A stretch of DNA of 62,356 nt from positions 473,737 through 536,092 of the forward strand of contig RDEW01000039.1 of the NCBI GenBank assembly GCA_011109175.1, read 5' to 3'. The translations under genes and the position numbers were made by a program. Below the pieces are notes generated by a model, which had not been told where the DNA came from, did no database searches, and saw nothing but the letters and a program-made list of their open reading frames with translations. Within the stretch, counting starts at the first letter, position 1; every line of letters begins with the position of its first letter. Below, piece by piece: positions 13,566-26,605 of this stretch. Source of the stretch: Dicyema japonicum (taxonomy: Eukaryota; Animalia; Dicyemida).

Positions 13566-14990
13566 TTTAATGGTCCTGAAGTTCTTAATACAAGAAAATG
13601 TTATGCTTGAGTATTTAGAATTTGAAATTATAACAGTAAAGCTTTATAATCTTCTTAGATTAATAAATTGGAAATTAAAAAAAACGTTAATATAATCGGT
13701 TTTCAATTTGTTATTATTTATGGAAAAAGAATTTAGAAAATCAAAAGTATTTGTCAAATAAAACTAATAGTCAAAAAACATCCAGAGGATATAATCCTTC
13801 TATATATCCAAAAAGACAATTAATCAACAACCATGAAAAGGGGTTCCACCAAGAAAGCACTTGCTTCATGTTAGAGCATGCGAAGATTTTGAGGGAGAAC
13901 GGGATCACCGGATTTTTTCATTATGTCTGTGATAGTGTTTTTTGGTTCAATAAATTTAATTTTAAAGGAAGAAATTACGATTATTTTGAAGTTCACTATC
14001 GCTAGGTAGAGATTTATGAATATTTGGACGTTTAGGATACTTGGAATCAATGATAATCCAATTATCTAGAATATTAGCTACTATATTCGTTTTAATAATA
14101 TTTATGCAACATAGAAAACAGTCAACGAAGCTGTTAAAACGCTCGGAAGTTGAGTTTGCACTCCACTATAGCATAGTATTGGCATACTAACTGTCTATAT
14201 CTCTTGGATATATTTTTTAGCTTTTGTTCTTGATGCACTTGAAAACCAAAAGTTTTTTAAATAAAAAACCATCAGAAATGCCAGTCGAAGTTTTTATCAT
14301 GTCTGACCAACATCGGCAGGTCTTCTTGATGCACTTTAAAACCAAAAGTTTTTTAAATAAAAAACCATCAGAAATGCCAGTCGAAGTTTTTATCATGCCT
14401 GACCAGCATCGGCAGGTCTACCTTAAGGGGGAACAAAGGAACTACTAGTTAGTCGCCAATTCATAATGTTCCAATTAATATACAGGGAAATACTAAGTTG
14501 ATAATTTTTTACGAGTTTCAACGTGGTTTAGCTAAACTAACATGAAATTGTCGTCAGAAAGAAGAAACATTTTTCACTCCTTTGAATTCAAATAACCACT
14601 TTATCTACGATAAGTTTAGAAAAATTCAAGGATTAGCAGCTTCCCCAAAGTTTTCTTCTACCGCAAGCCTTCAATTCAATTGACACACAAATTGTCTACC
14701 ATTAAAATACATCAATTTGAGAAAGCACATGTGTCTACTAAATCGGATCTCGAACTATTAAGGAGTGTATTGTCTACTTTGAATGTTCTTCACTATTGTC
14801 ATATTGACTCATTTCTACGAGTTAGATATTGAAGCTACGGTACGACATCTACATTTTTTCTATCGAACTATATCGTTTATACTATGTCTCTTAATTCAAT
14901 CACTTCGTCATATACAAGAGGAAGAGGCATACATCATCATAAACTCATAACGACAATTAACTATGATTTTTTTACTAAAAAAACCAATTA
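13566..14990. repeat. Repeat unit X (unknown origin), with internal ~96-bp duplication at 14225-14420
   Basis: Colinear with 35603-36900 and partly with 9930-10545. Confidence 0.85.
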
Positions 14991-16299
14991 ATAACTAGTC
15001 CTTAGCAGATTTATCAAAAATTTACCAACTACTCTAATTTTGATGTATTTAATTTTCAACCCCCGATATATGAAACAAGTCAAGAGAAATGTCTAAAATG
15101 TTTCTAGTTCCACGGTCACACTAAGTTCACGGTTCTTCTCAAAAATCGCGTATATCAACATCAACACATTATGAGCCCCACCAGTGGATGAAGAAGCTCT
15201 ATATATTCTTTGGATGCCGACTGTTCACTAAGCTTCTGCTGAGACGAAGGATTACTTGAAGCTACTTAGAGTTGAAGAAAGTACAGCAGAAATGAGTCAT
15301 TTGGCGCTTCATCTCAAGCATCACGTTTATCTATATCCCCAATTGTGGGAACCTCTCCAGTAGATTAGAGAAGCTGGAGATCATTAATTATTTCTTATTT
15401 GGTCATATATAACTACATAATACTAACCACGTGGCAAATAAATTTGTTAGACTCTATTTTTTTATACGAATGAGTGATCTTCACCTTTTTTTCAGGTTCA
15501 AATGTCGTTTTTACCTTTAAAAATTAAATACTGCAGTTCCAATCCCATCCAGGTCGATGAGTTGAAGGATGTAGATAACTGCTCCTTTCGACTTGGAAAC
15601 GTTAGGAATCTTTGGCCATAGCAGTCTAGCTACTCTGTCAGACTGGTCAATAACCCAAAATATTAACAAGGATAAAAGCGAGGCAGTGTTGCTCCAAGAA
15701 CGTACCTCTATATCAGTTGTCATTTGATACAACCCAACCATTTTATTTAAACGACGAAACTTCATTTCACATAATTGATTCACAACGAAGAATTGATCGT
15801 TCTTAAAAGTTAACACGGAAAAAACCGGAGTTCGTCAAAATAATCGGCCCACTATCAGGGACGAGGAAGAGAGAATCCAAAATGACTCTTCCAAACATGA
15901 TTGGTAACTTCTTTCCGAGCCCCTGCTACTTGAGACTTATATGACTTATCCACATTCCGACTCAAGGCTTTTTAGAAAGCAGGTAATTGCTCTTATTTCG
16001 AATGACTCTTACTTCCATCATTGAATAAATATTCATAGTGGTGCACACAACCATTTCAATCTAGTGACCAGTTAATCGACAGCAGCCATCAAGTAAAGCT
16101 GTAATCTCAGCTTTGTTAACATTTAGGAGGCTGAGAATCTCACTATCAGTAACACCATATTTATTACATCAATTCACTTTTGTAAAGCATATTTGTTGAA
16201 TCAGTGGAAAACTCAGGTTTTATAACTATAATGCCTAAGACCATTAAATTTTAGTTGTTGCTAATAGTGTAGTCTTATAATAGAATATCATAAAGATCA

Positions 16300-16680
16300 G
16301 AGTGAACGTACTTTGACCCAGATTCAAAGCACAATATTCTCAGGATTTCAAGAAAGGCAAGATTCGAACCTGTATTGACAAATAATATAAAAAATATTGA
16401 TATTTGACGATCAAAACTATTGAGGTATATATTTACGGGATTTGGACCCATATGTTGTCAATAAGATACCCATTAGCAAAAAAATATTGATCCATCGATG
16501 TGATCTTATTATTTCAAATGTCAATAACATGATTCAAACACTAAAAATGTTCCCATCCACTCTTGAAAATGTACTGCACCGAGTCTTGAAGGGAATCTGA
16601 TAGATGGAGTTTTCAGCTAAAAAAGAAAAAAAGAAGTGAAGAGCATTCATTGGTTTTCCGTTATGATTAGTTTAAGGTTT
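16300..16680 (+). repeat. Dispersed repeat, possibly the 3' end of a REL-type non-LTR element
   Basis: 16537-16680 aligns with 39690-39935; only weak resemblance to an RLE C-terminus. Confidence 0.45.
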
Positions 16681-16959
16681 GTTATTCGTACAGCCGTATC
16701 CGTACTGATCATCGTGTTTACATGAATCTCCACAAGTTCATTTTCGACAACAGATTGTACAGAGTGGGTCTTCAGTTTATTAATTATTCTTATTTCATAT
16801 TATTTTTGTTAATAAATTGATTATTAATAAAATTTTTGAGCTTGTTAAATCTCGTAAATAATCTTGCAATTCTTAATTTTTAAATTTATCCGCCAAAAAT
16901 TAGGAGTAGAAGCTACAAGTAAATCAAACTAAAATTTATAATATGTAGGGAAATAAATT

Positions 16960-17160
16960 CGAGTCTGTAAGAGCATTTATTTGTGACAAATATGGCATCT
17001 CTTCAAAATTGGCCTGGAACGAAACAAATAAATCAGCAATTCGAAGTTGCTTAGAAAAGGCCTTTGACACTATAAAACAACATAACGAAAGCAATATGAA
17101 CAACTATAAAATATGATGATCATAGCAGTGATAGAGATGGTAGCGAGACATTTAAATAAC
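16960..17160 (+). mobile_element. pogo/Tigger transposase C-terminal relic
   Basis: SKLAWNETNKSAIRSCLEKA (AW..V...TI..C..K motif); homologous to 42690-42850, which follows a DDE_1 relic. Confidence 0.5.
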
Positions 17161-17859
17161 ATTTAGATTATAATAATGAAAAACTACCCTTTAACACTCC
17201 CTGGAGAGCGTTCTACTTATCAGTGGGATCAATTGCTAAGAATGATTATGAATCTGCACTTCATGCACTCCATTATACTATTTTAGATTATTGATCTCCA
17301 TGATGAACATTTATCTAATAAACTAAAGTTTTATTCCTTTGATTTGATATCCCACTTAAAAAAAAGTTTATGTTAGTTTTACCACCAGGGTTTTTTCGAG
17401 GCACAATCGTTCACTGAACGTAGGGAAGTAGTTCGGGTAACAGATAAGCGAGACAGACTTACTGTAACGTCTCTCTGAAAAGATCGCTTTGTCATAAGTT
17501 TAGTTGATGATTATAGAATAACCAAAAATCATAACGGGAGATTCACTAACTGAATTTGGTGCGGTCATTTGTTTATGACACGGATGCTGACTCTTTTGGA
17601 CTTAATGATTTTACTTAAATATGTCTAAACTCATTGAAGGAAATGTGAAAAAGTTAATTCAATGCGATGATTTAAACACAATATCCTACATTTATTATGA
17701 CCCTAAGTTGATATTTTTTATTAGTATTTATTTTTTTGAAAAAAACTCTAAAGTACATTTGACAAATAAATAAAACCTACTCTAAAAAAAGCCTACTATT
17801 CTATATGATTCTTATATAAAGCCTACTCTTCTCTATTATTTTATATTAAAAGTGAGGTT

Positions 17860-18870
17860 TTCTATCAAAAACTTAAAGACAATCAGTCTAACAAATTCAA
17901 AGTTGATAATTTCGTTAGGTTTATTCAAAATATTTAAATTAGACTTATAAATTACTTTGTAATCCTTCATGAACGAATTTACAGAATAAATAGTACTTCT
18001 ATAAAGCCTCTGTTCAACCGCCTTGATGATTTTTATGAATAAAATTAATTCAAATAAATGTTATACTAGTGACATTTATAAAGTATATATGATTTTAATT
18101 TGTAGTTATGCACAATTATGCTCGTTATAACTATGAGGCAATGCATGTCACAAATACTACAAAGCTCACTGATGAGCTGATTAGGATTGGATTGACTTGG
18201 GAAGAGGTTTGGTATGAATGCCTCGATGAAGCGTTTTCTCTGAACACTTCAGAACAAACTATTGAAGTTTAACTATTCTGTTATTGTAGGGAATCCTGGA
18301 AATATTCAAAAGTTTATATGAAATGATATACCGTGGACTGACTATAAAAATATTTTATGACTTATTATTATTACCTATTTATTGTATGTTTTGTGTAAAT
18401 TTAATAGGAACTATGACTTTAGGGGATAATTGGCCACAAATATATATTTCCATCTGCAATGCTTTATCAAACATAATAAGTGACACAACTCAAGATATAT
18501 TGATTTTCGATTTTTACGATACTGGAGGTAAATCCGTCTCTGAAGATATTCTTGATACAATTGCTTCATGTTCACAAGAACATTTTACACATGTACTGTA
18601 TGACGGATATTACAGGTAAAATATCAGTTAAACAAAAGATCGAATGATTCACTCGTGAACCTCTTAAATGAGGAACTAGACCAAAGACTATGGTTTTGGG
18701 CCATTTGGGAATTTTCTCAAATGGTTTACTATAAGCGTAATATTTGTTGATTTAGTAGCACAAATATTCAATCCAATGATAATGTTTACAAATGTCTCCA
18801 GAAAGATTGAGACTCTGTCTACTCTATCTAATATCAAGGATCTGCGAAAATATGCCGTTAGCTTTAAAGA
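17860..18870 (+). pseudogene. Divergent ZYG11/ZER1-like paralog, 3' half, disrupted
   Basis: GNPGNIQKFI; YISICNALSNII; then GYYR|SNDSLVNLLNEELDQRLWFWAIW after a 23-nt intron at 18616-18638. This intron sits at the same position as intron 12737-12758 of the other paralog. Confidence 0.7.
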
Positions 18871-19159
18871 AAAATATAATGTATTTTTCTTATTATTTTA
18901 GAATTATTTATCGAATCATTAATATTATCGCTTTATTCATATTTTTTGTTTGGTTTTAATACTTTGGGTTTAACTAATTTTAATATATTATTATCAAATA
19001 AAATAATTAAAAAATATCAAACTAAGTGTTAATTATTTTAGAAATTCTTATTCGAGGTTTAAAATCCACTAAAAAGTGTTGAGAGACTGTCGAGTAGAAG
19101 TTTGACAGGCTCTACCATTTCGTATTAATTCTCTTTATTTACATTCCAATATTTAATTA

Positions 19160-20640
19160 TCAAATAAACTCTCCCAAATTTGCCATTTTTGTTTCAGCAT
19201 TTTTCCGTCAAATTTGGAATTCGGCAAATTTTAGAATTTATTCAATAATTTTAAAAAAGTTATTGGGAAACTTCTCATCTATGAAAATAACAAAATTTTA
19301 TATCATTACGATAAAAAAATTATTTAAAAAAATAAAGTATTAAATTGTATAGAATAAAATTCAATTCCCATTTGCTTCTTCTTTATATTTTTAATATTTG
19401 GATTATATCTTCTAATTTATATGATAAGGACGACATCTTCTTCGTTTTCAACGTTCTCAAAAAGATCTTTTCCAATTTCGCTTAACTTAAATGCTATTTC
19501 ATTCTCGATAGGGTTTCAATTCAGTAGTTTCTTCATGGATGATTATCTCATTATCATCAATTAATGATGCTATTTCATTTTAATCTATTGCATTTTTTAC
19601 AGAAGAATTTATTGACAAATTCTTCGATTTCAATCCGATCATAAATATCCGTGTTAGATAATATTTCTTTATTTATGTTCACATTTACTAAATGTGTGCT
19701 AGCACCCGATTTTTTTAGAATTTGAAAACAAATTTTGATTGTTTTAGTGCATACATCTTCCCAGGTCATTTTTATAAATAGAACAGCGTCTTTCAGGTTT
19801 AAAATTTATATGATTTATAAACTCATACGATTTCTTTTTCCAATAATCCAGTAAGATACTCCAATTTGTGACTATTAAAGTGGACGTTGAATGTTTTAAT
19901 AATTCCCAAATCCATTGGCTGAATTATTCCTGTAGCATTTTTAGAAAAAAACATTATTTTTATATTTTCCAAATTCGATGGCAACCAATGAGAAGGACAA
20001 TTGTCTATAAGGAACAAAATTAATTTTTCTCTGGCCTCAAAAGGTAATCAAAATTTATCATCCAGTTACTAAAAATAAATCCGGTCATCCACGCTATTTC
20101 GGGACTGTAATATAAAACAGATCACTGATTATCATTTTTTTTGATACATCTTGACATTTTTAATTTTCCAATCAATAAAGGATTTAATTTATGATTTCCA
20201 GTCATATTTGTGCAAAACATCACAGATAAAAAACTGACGTTAATATTGAAGAGAAAAATATTAATTATAATAATATATAAGGGCAATGATGGCCTACTAG
20301 CATGAGCATGCAATGAGATTACCCTTATGCGATCCCAATGTGCTAGAAGAGCCAACGTGTGAGAGCCAACTAGGATCTTTTTTTAGTTCTGCAAATCGTC
20401 AGATCAGCCGATAAACTTTGCCGTTATGGAACAAACACATTGAAGAATACACTTGTTTTTATTATAATTAATAACTGACCTTGTTGAACCGATTGGATCG
20501 CCTATCGCAAAGAAGAATGATATTAAAAAGAAGAAGTTGGATTTTTGATCGCATTTCCTTACAAATCGTCATAAGAAATCTGCTTTTAATTCTAAGAGCA
20601 GACTGCCTCAACTTAAAAGAACTTCTAGTAATTGTTATTA
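19160..20640 (-). mobile_element. pogo/Tigger (DDE_1) transposon relic
   Basis: SVMFCTNMTGNHKLNPLLIGK; FLIDNCPSH..NIKIMFFSKNATGIIQPMDLGIIKTF; TWEDVCTKTIKICF. A TIR-like aataaactctcccaaatttgcc lies near 19163. Confidence 0.9.
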
Positions 20641-21244
20641 TTATTATTAGTAATTTTTAACGGTTTGTTTTTAAATAATAAAAATTAATTTTAAAAAAAG
20701 TAGAATTATTAAAATTTTAACTAAATACGATTTATTATAAGAAATGAAATTGATAATAGGATAACAAAAATAATGAAAGTGAGGATGTGTATCGTAATTA
20801 TATTAACTTTAGTTATTACTAACAACTGTTTGCATTTATAAATGTCTGGAAATCAAAAGAGATTTAGTGAAATTCATGTTTGAGACAAATAAATTCAATT
20901 TTTAAACTAGTACTCTCATACTGAAAAAGTATCCCCTTGTGTTTTTCATAGCCAGTTAAAAGTGAGTAGAAAAATACAAAAAAGAATCTCTAATATTCAC
21001 TTCTTCAGGTCTAACGGGTTTTAGAAGATAAGTAAATCGGACATCTTCGAAAATCCACCCAATTTCATCATCATTTTAAGCAAACATAGATGCCTTACCA
21101 AAAAGCAATTCCAAAACGAATAGTGTTTTTAATTTATAAAAAAGAAAATTTTCATAATACATTCTCAATCATTTCTAAGTAACTCGATGTTTTAATTTTT
21201 TTGTTCTCCATTTTAGGTCAGATGATGAATAATAATAATTAATA

Positions 21245-22350
21245 TGTCACCAGCGCAACGCGTTACCGATCGCTACGCGTTACATAATGCTCAAATTTAC
21301 AATTTCAAACATTTTTAAACTTTACACATGTTTTGTACAGTTTTTATATTTAAAATAAAAAATTCTAATTTAAATATTTTTGGAAGGCGCAACAGTTTTT
21401 AAATTTTAAATATCATATTACATGCGTGTTTTATAAACTTAAGTTTAATGGATTCATCTTTCGTTAAAACAACCCAATGATAAATTGATATAATGAAAAT
21501 AATGGAAGAGAAGGGGATCGTCGATCTAATGACAAGACAAAAAATACCGATTAACTCAAATGTCAAAAAAATTTTATCTATCAATGCGAGGTAATACCTT
21601 AAAGACTCAAATAGAAACTACACAATTGTCATTTTCTCTAATAATTAGCGCCCTCGCAAATTCATCAATTGACCTATTATAGACAAAGATATTTTTTTGT
21701 GAAAAGAGAAATTATCTGGAAAATACCTGTCAGATTGTGATATTATGTCAATGCTTCAACTTTTAACAAATGCATAATAGGCCGAACAATCCAAGGAGTT
21801 AAAGGATCATCGAACGCTTCAATCAGACAATCACAATATCACTATCTAAGAAGATGTCCGAAGATAATTGTTGGAATAAAGACATAAAAGAAGCAGTTGG
21901 AGTGGAATTATATATGAAGTAGACGTGAAGTTACTGGTAATCGAATCAATGCACGACAATACAACGAGCGAAAATTCGACCAACTCGCACATATTGACGG
22001 GATCTTCCGTTTGACATTGGAGTGTATCTTAACTTTCAGCTTGAGGGATAATCACAGAAGTAGGCCAAACTGGCAGCGCACATATTGACGGGATCTTCCG
22101 TTCGACATTGGAGTGTATCTTAACTTTCGGCTTAAGGGATACTCACAGAAGCAGGCCAAACTGGCAGTTTAGACTCGGAAAGCTTGAAATCACAGCTCTA
22201 TAAACATTTCTCTGCCTGTATATCTCTCGTCTCTAATGGCCTGTGACATCCTTGTCAAGAGGATTCTACACTCCCAAAAATTTTTTTTTGTTTTTTTTTA
22301 AGTCCACTAGTGTAACGAGTAGCGCTAGGTAACGCGTAGCGCCTGTGACA
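21245..22350. mobile_element. Non-autonomous TIR element with TGTCAC..GTGACA ends and 5-bp TSD (Ginger-like)
   Basis: About 40-bp imperfect inverted repeats (tgtcaccagcgcaacgcgttacc.. / ..ggtaacgcgtagcgcctgtgaca), flanked on both sides by TAATA (21240-21244, 22351-22355). Confidence 0.8.
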
Positions 22351-22494
22351 TAATAAATTTGTTTATGTATTTATGAAGTTTGAAAGCATAAAATGCAGTT
22401 CATAATCGAAAAAAGGATGTGTTTATTATTTATAGACGAAATTAGATTACAAGAAATTTTAAAATCTGGAGAAATTGATCGAGTGAAACCAATT

Positions 22495-22545
22495 GGCCTA
22501 TTCGCCAGAGCCGTAATATTTATAGCTCCGCATAGGCAGGACTAA
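22495..22545 (-). mobile_element. SINE 3'-end fragment
   Basis: tagctccgcataggcaggac block shared with 55498-55610 and 59735-59840. Confidence 0.65.
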
Positions 22546-22921
22546 TATATTATAGTTAAGAAATGTTATACTAATTCATTGTTGAAAACTATAATATTTT
22601 GTAGTACTTTAACAATTTTATGAATTCAAAAGTAAAATTGCTTAAGAAATCTGAGATAGATGTTTTTTATAACATTTAAATTTATTATTGTTGTAATTAT
22701 TAATGATATCCGGTAAATTCAATTTATATTTTAAATACATTTGGATCCATTCTGAAATATATCAAAATGGTTCTCACTTTTACACTTCAGGTATCTCAAA
22801 AGGCTAAAACTTGCATATTGACATATTTATTGTCGTATGTGATAGCGTCCGGGCTGTTGATACTGTCCGGGTTGATAAGACAAATTTATCACTTGAAAAC
22901 ATTAACAACCACTAAGTTTTG

Positions 22922-23375
22922 CTTCGAAAGATCTGTCCCTTGTTCCCAAAAAACAAAAATTTTTATTTTGAGTAAATGAAGCGATTAAGCAAGAAAAGGG
23001 TCAAAAATAGAAGAGGTCGAAGGATCGGTCCCTTTTCCCTCAAAAAACAAAAATTGTTATTTTGAGTTAATAAAGCGATTAAGTGTGAAAAGTGACAATA
23101 ATAGAAAAGGTCGAAGGATCGGTCTTTTGTTACCTCAAAAAACAAAAAATTTTATGTTGAGTAAATGAAGCGATTAAGCAAGAAAAGGGTCAAAAATAGA
23201 AGAGGTCGAAGGATCGGTCCCTTTTCTCTCAAAAAACAAAAAAATTATTTTGAGTCAAAAAAGCGATTAAGCGTGAAAAGTGTCAAGAATAGAAGAGGTC
23301 GAAGGATCGGTCCTTTGTTATTTAAAAAACAAAAAATTTTATTTTGAGTCAATAAAGCGATCAGCGTGAAAAGGG
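22922..23375. repeat. Tandem array of about five ~92-95 bp units upstream of the integrase
   Basis: Recurring aagcgattaag..aaaatagaagaggtcgaaggatcggtcc..aaaaaacaaaaa. Confidence 0.9.
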
Positions 23376-23462
23376 TTATTTGAATGTTATATAATTTTTT
23401 TTTTAATATTTTTTAATTTCTTTTCAAAAATATAAAATTTTATACTTCATTTTAATTTTGTT

Positions 23463-24130
23463 TTGCCTTCTACATTCAGCATTAATACATTTGTAGAATT
23501 AAAGAAAATTATGAATTATCTCGAATATAAACAGTATCCTGATAGATTTATTGAAAATCAAAAGCGGATATTACGCAGATGTCAGAATTTAAAACTGTTG
23601 ATTGAAGAATTATTTTTTGGATTTAATGGATATTTTCGTACTGTTATTTGTTCATTTCAAGAAGCAAGAATTAACTCAATTTTAGCTAAGGAACATTCTA
23701 TTGGACATCTTGGTGATTCCAAGATGTGCAAATTAATTTGCGAAAAGTACATTGGCATCAATCAAAAAATTATTCGCCATTTTATATCTACTTGTGATTC
23801 CTGTAACCATTTCAACAGTCTAAAGACTTGTGAAGATATTCAAATGATTACTGTTTCACATAAATTCGAAAGATTTATGGCTGATTGTATAGATCTTCGT
23901 AGATATAAATGGATTCTTAATATAATTGACTGTTACTCAAAATTCGCTTGGTCATTTTTTTTAATTAGTAAACATCTCAAAATATAAAAAATTCTTTTGA
24001 AACATGTTTTTATCAGTTGGGCCACCTTAAACATTGCACACAGACAATGGAAAAGAGTTTTGTAACTCTAAAGTTTAAGCATTGTTATGTGATTGGAAGA
24101 TAACGGCGATTCATGGTAGACCAAGTTCGA
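23463..24130 (+). mobile_element. H2C2 zinc-finger + rve integrase (Ginger/KRBA2-type), frameshifted
   Basis: HSIGHLG...CDSC (H2C2), ERFMADCIDL..WILNIIDCYSKFAW, then after a shift LHTDNGKEFCN..IHGRP. The 3' part is duplicated after the single N at 24272. Confidence 0.88.
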
Positions 24131-24919
24131 CGTAGTATGGGATAAAAATGGGATACCTTGACATCGGTCCCTGATTTTTAAAGGAAAAACGAAATTTTTA
24201 ATTTTGTCCAAACTCATGTTCGACGTAGTATGGGACAAAAATGGGAGACCTTATGGATTTGGATTGGTTAANTGGTCATTTTTTTTAATTAGTAAACATC
24301 TCAAAATATAAAAAATTCTTTTGAAACATGTTTTTATCAGTTGGGCCACCTGATACATTGCACACGGACAATGGAAAAGAGTTTTGTAACTCTAAAGTTT
24401 CAGCATTGTTATGTGATTGGAAGATAACGGCGATTCATGGTAGACCAAGTTCGACGTAGTATGGGACAAAAATGGGAGACCTTGACATCGGTCCCTGATT
24501 TTTTAAGGAAAAACGAAATTTTAAATTTTGTCCAAAATCATGTTCGACGTAGTATGGGACAAAAATGGGATACCTTATGGATTTGGATTGGTTAAAGTCA
24601 ATTTCTTGAACTGGTTAAGGTGAATTAGAATGGATTAGGATGTATTAGAGAATGAGTTATTTTGAATAAGAGAATGGGTTATGGAGAATTAGAATGGATT
24701 AGGATGTATTATAGAATGAGTTAGGGTAAATTAGAGCATCGGTTGTTTCTATAAATTCATAAAGTTTATTTTATTGACAGAATACGATGTTCGAACTCTA
24801 ATTAAATTCACTTGTAATTTTTATACATAAATTCTCTTTTTATTTTTGATATTAATATATTATTACTATAAATAAATCCTTAGTTAAAGCAATTCAAATT
24901 TTATTATACATAATTCAAA

Positions 24920-25620
24920 TATGAAGTTTTTAGGGTTTCTGTGTTATGCAACGGCAGATTTTTGAACTTTTGCATTTGTTACGTTTTTAATTCTTTTGAT
25001 TATGTTGCAATTGTTCAATTCTTTTTGTTATAATGGAAGTACATTGTTATTCCTTTGTATTCATTAATGACTCACGTAAGCATATGTTTTGGACTGATAA
25101 GTTTGACTTATCAGCCCGGACACGAAGATGGCCCCGGGTTCTCATACTATACGACATTTATTAATGGTGATCTTTATGGAATCCTGGTTTTCAAACTTAG
25201 CAACAGCCATAAATTATACATGTACAATCGATTTTCAGTCGCCTAACAGTAACAAAGTATAATCTTCTTTAATCAGTCTCTCTGTTTCAACCAACTTAAA
25301 AACAAATGTTATTCATGATTTTGTTGGTTGAGTGGTTGAAACCCATGTCCATGTATTTATTGTATTCTCAGTCTGTTTATTCTAACCTGTTTAATGTAGC
25401 AACTTTCAACGTCAGTGTACTTTTTTCGAGCACTAACTGGAGACTTTATGAAGTATTTGGAACGATACACCTCGATGAACTACGAAGATGTGTAAGGAGG
25501 AAAGTTACATTGAGAAACCTGGTGGAACGAATAGTGAAGCGCACGGCTCAAGCGGAACTCTAAGTATTCATATGCTTTTGATAACAGGAGAGTGCATTTA
25601 ACTAACTTCTTAACTATTCA
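24920..25620 (+). pseudogene. Candidate degenerate mini-intron gene, possibly a membrane protein
   Basis: Several 20-28 nt GT-AG segments (e.g. 25076-25101) and hydrophobic frames; no single clean spliced ORF found. Confidence 0.3.
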
Positions 25621-25959
25621 TGCAGCTACAGGTTACTCCAGTTTAGCTTATTGTAATAAATAATATTTTTTGTGAGAAATATAAAATTTTAATTCTAGCG
25701 GTATTAGTCCGAGCACGTCTGGGTTTATCAGGTTAATTGGACTGCTTCACGGGAAGTGTATGCCTAGAATAACACAATGGCTCTTCCTGAATATTGTCCT
25801 CGCGATCATGAGAGGTAACTCTCATTGGGTTCTCAATGTCTGCATGCCATAATGAGACCTCACCATAAAAACTAATTTTTTACATAATAAATATAATTAA
25901 TTTTTTTCTATCACTATTTTCAATTTTATTTATTTATTGAGGATCGTTTGTTAAACGAA

Positions 25960-26605
25960 TTTTGATATACAATTTCGGAACATGGGCATGTTCTAAAATT
26001 GATTTATAGAAGCTAGATACTTTTCACAGGAACCAACTCCGCATGTTGATTCGAATTTTTTGGCCGAGAAAAATCTCAAATAAAAATCTATATTCACGAT
26101 GTAAATCCAGACCTCTAGCACCGATGTTATTTTATCGAGATGACGACTATTTGAACATATCCTCTGACTGGACCCGACTACGCCATGTAACAGAATAATG
26201 GAAGAATATTTCTACTACGCCGGAAGTCGCGGATTTCGAGGCAGACCATGTAAATCCAGACCTCTAGCACCGATGTAATTATATCGAGATGACGACTATT
26301 TGAACATATCCTCAGACTGGACCCGACTACGCCATGTAACAGAATAATGGAAGAATATTTCTACTACGCCGGAAGTCGCGGATTTCGAGGCAGACCAAGA
26401 AACACACTTCCAACCTGCTTAAAAGATGACTACGAACAAAATAGTCGTAAATTGGTGACAGCGGACGATCTGGATGATGTTCGAATGAGGGCCAGGAACA
26501 AGATGGTGTGGGCGAGGATGGCGAGGAGGATGGCTGCAAAACATGGCTCAAGCGAACCCCTTTTAGGGCCACGCGAAAGAGCTTTTAACTAACTAACTAA
26601 CTGAG
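25960..26605 (+). mobile_element. RTE-type LINE 3' end with (CTAA)n tail
   Basis: LIYNFGTWA..KLDTFHRNQLR..IFWP..ISNKNLY, LFEHIL, MEEYF..GFRGRPRNTLPT..DLDDVR..ARNKMVW, then aactaactaactaact. Contains a 149-bp internal duplication. Confidence 0.85.

Noticed and set aside
23165-23347. Basic, protamine-like repetitive ORF
   Set aside because: It is a translation of the ~93-bp tandem array; other units break the frame.
22922-24600. Tandem arrays as a possible CRISPR
   Set aside because: Units are ~93-100 bp, repeat along their whole length without unique spacers, and no cas genes are present in this eukaryotic context.
25457-25469. ttggaacgataca match to U6 snRNA
   Set aside because: Only 13 nt; the ACAGAGA box and flanks are absent.
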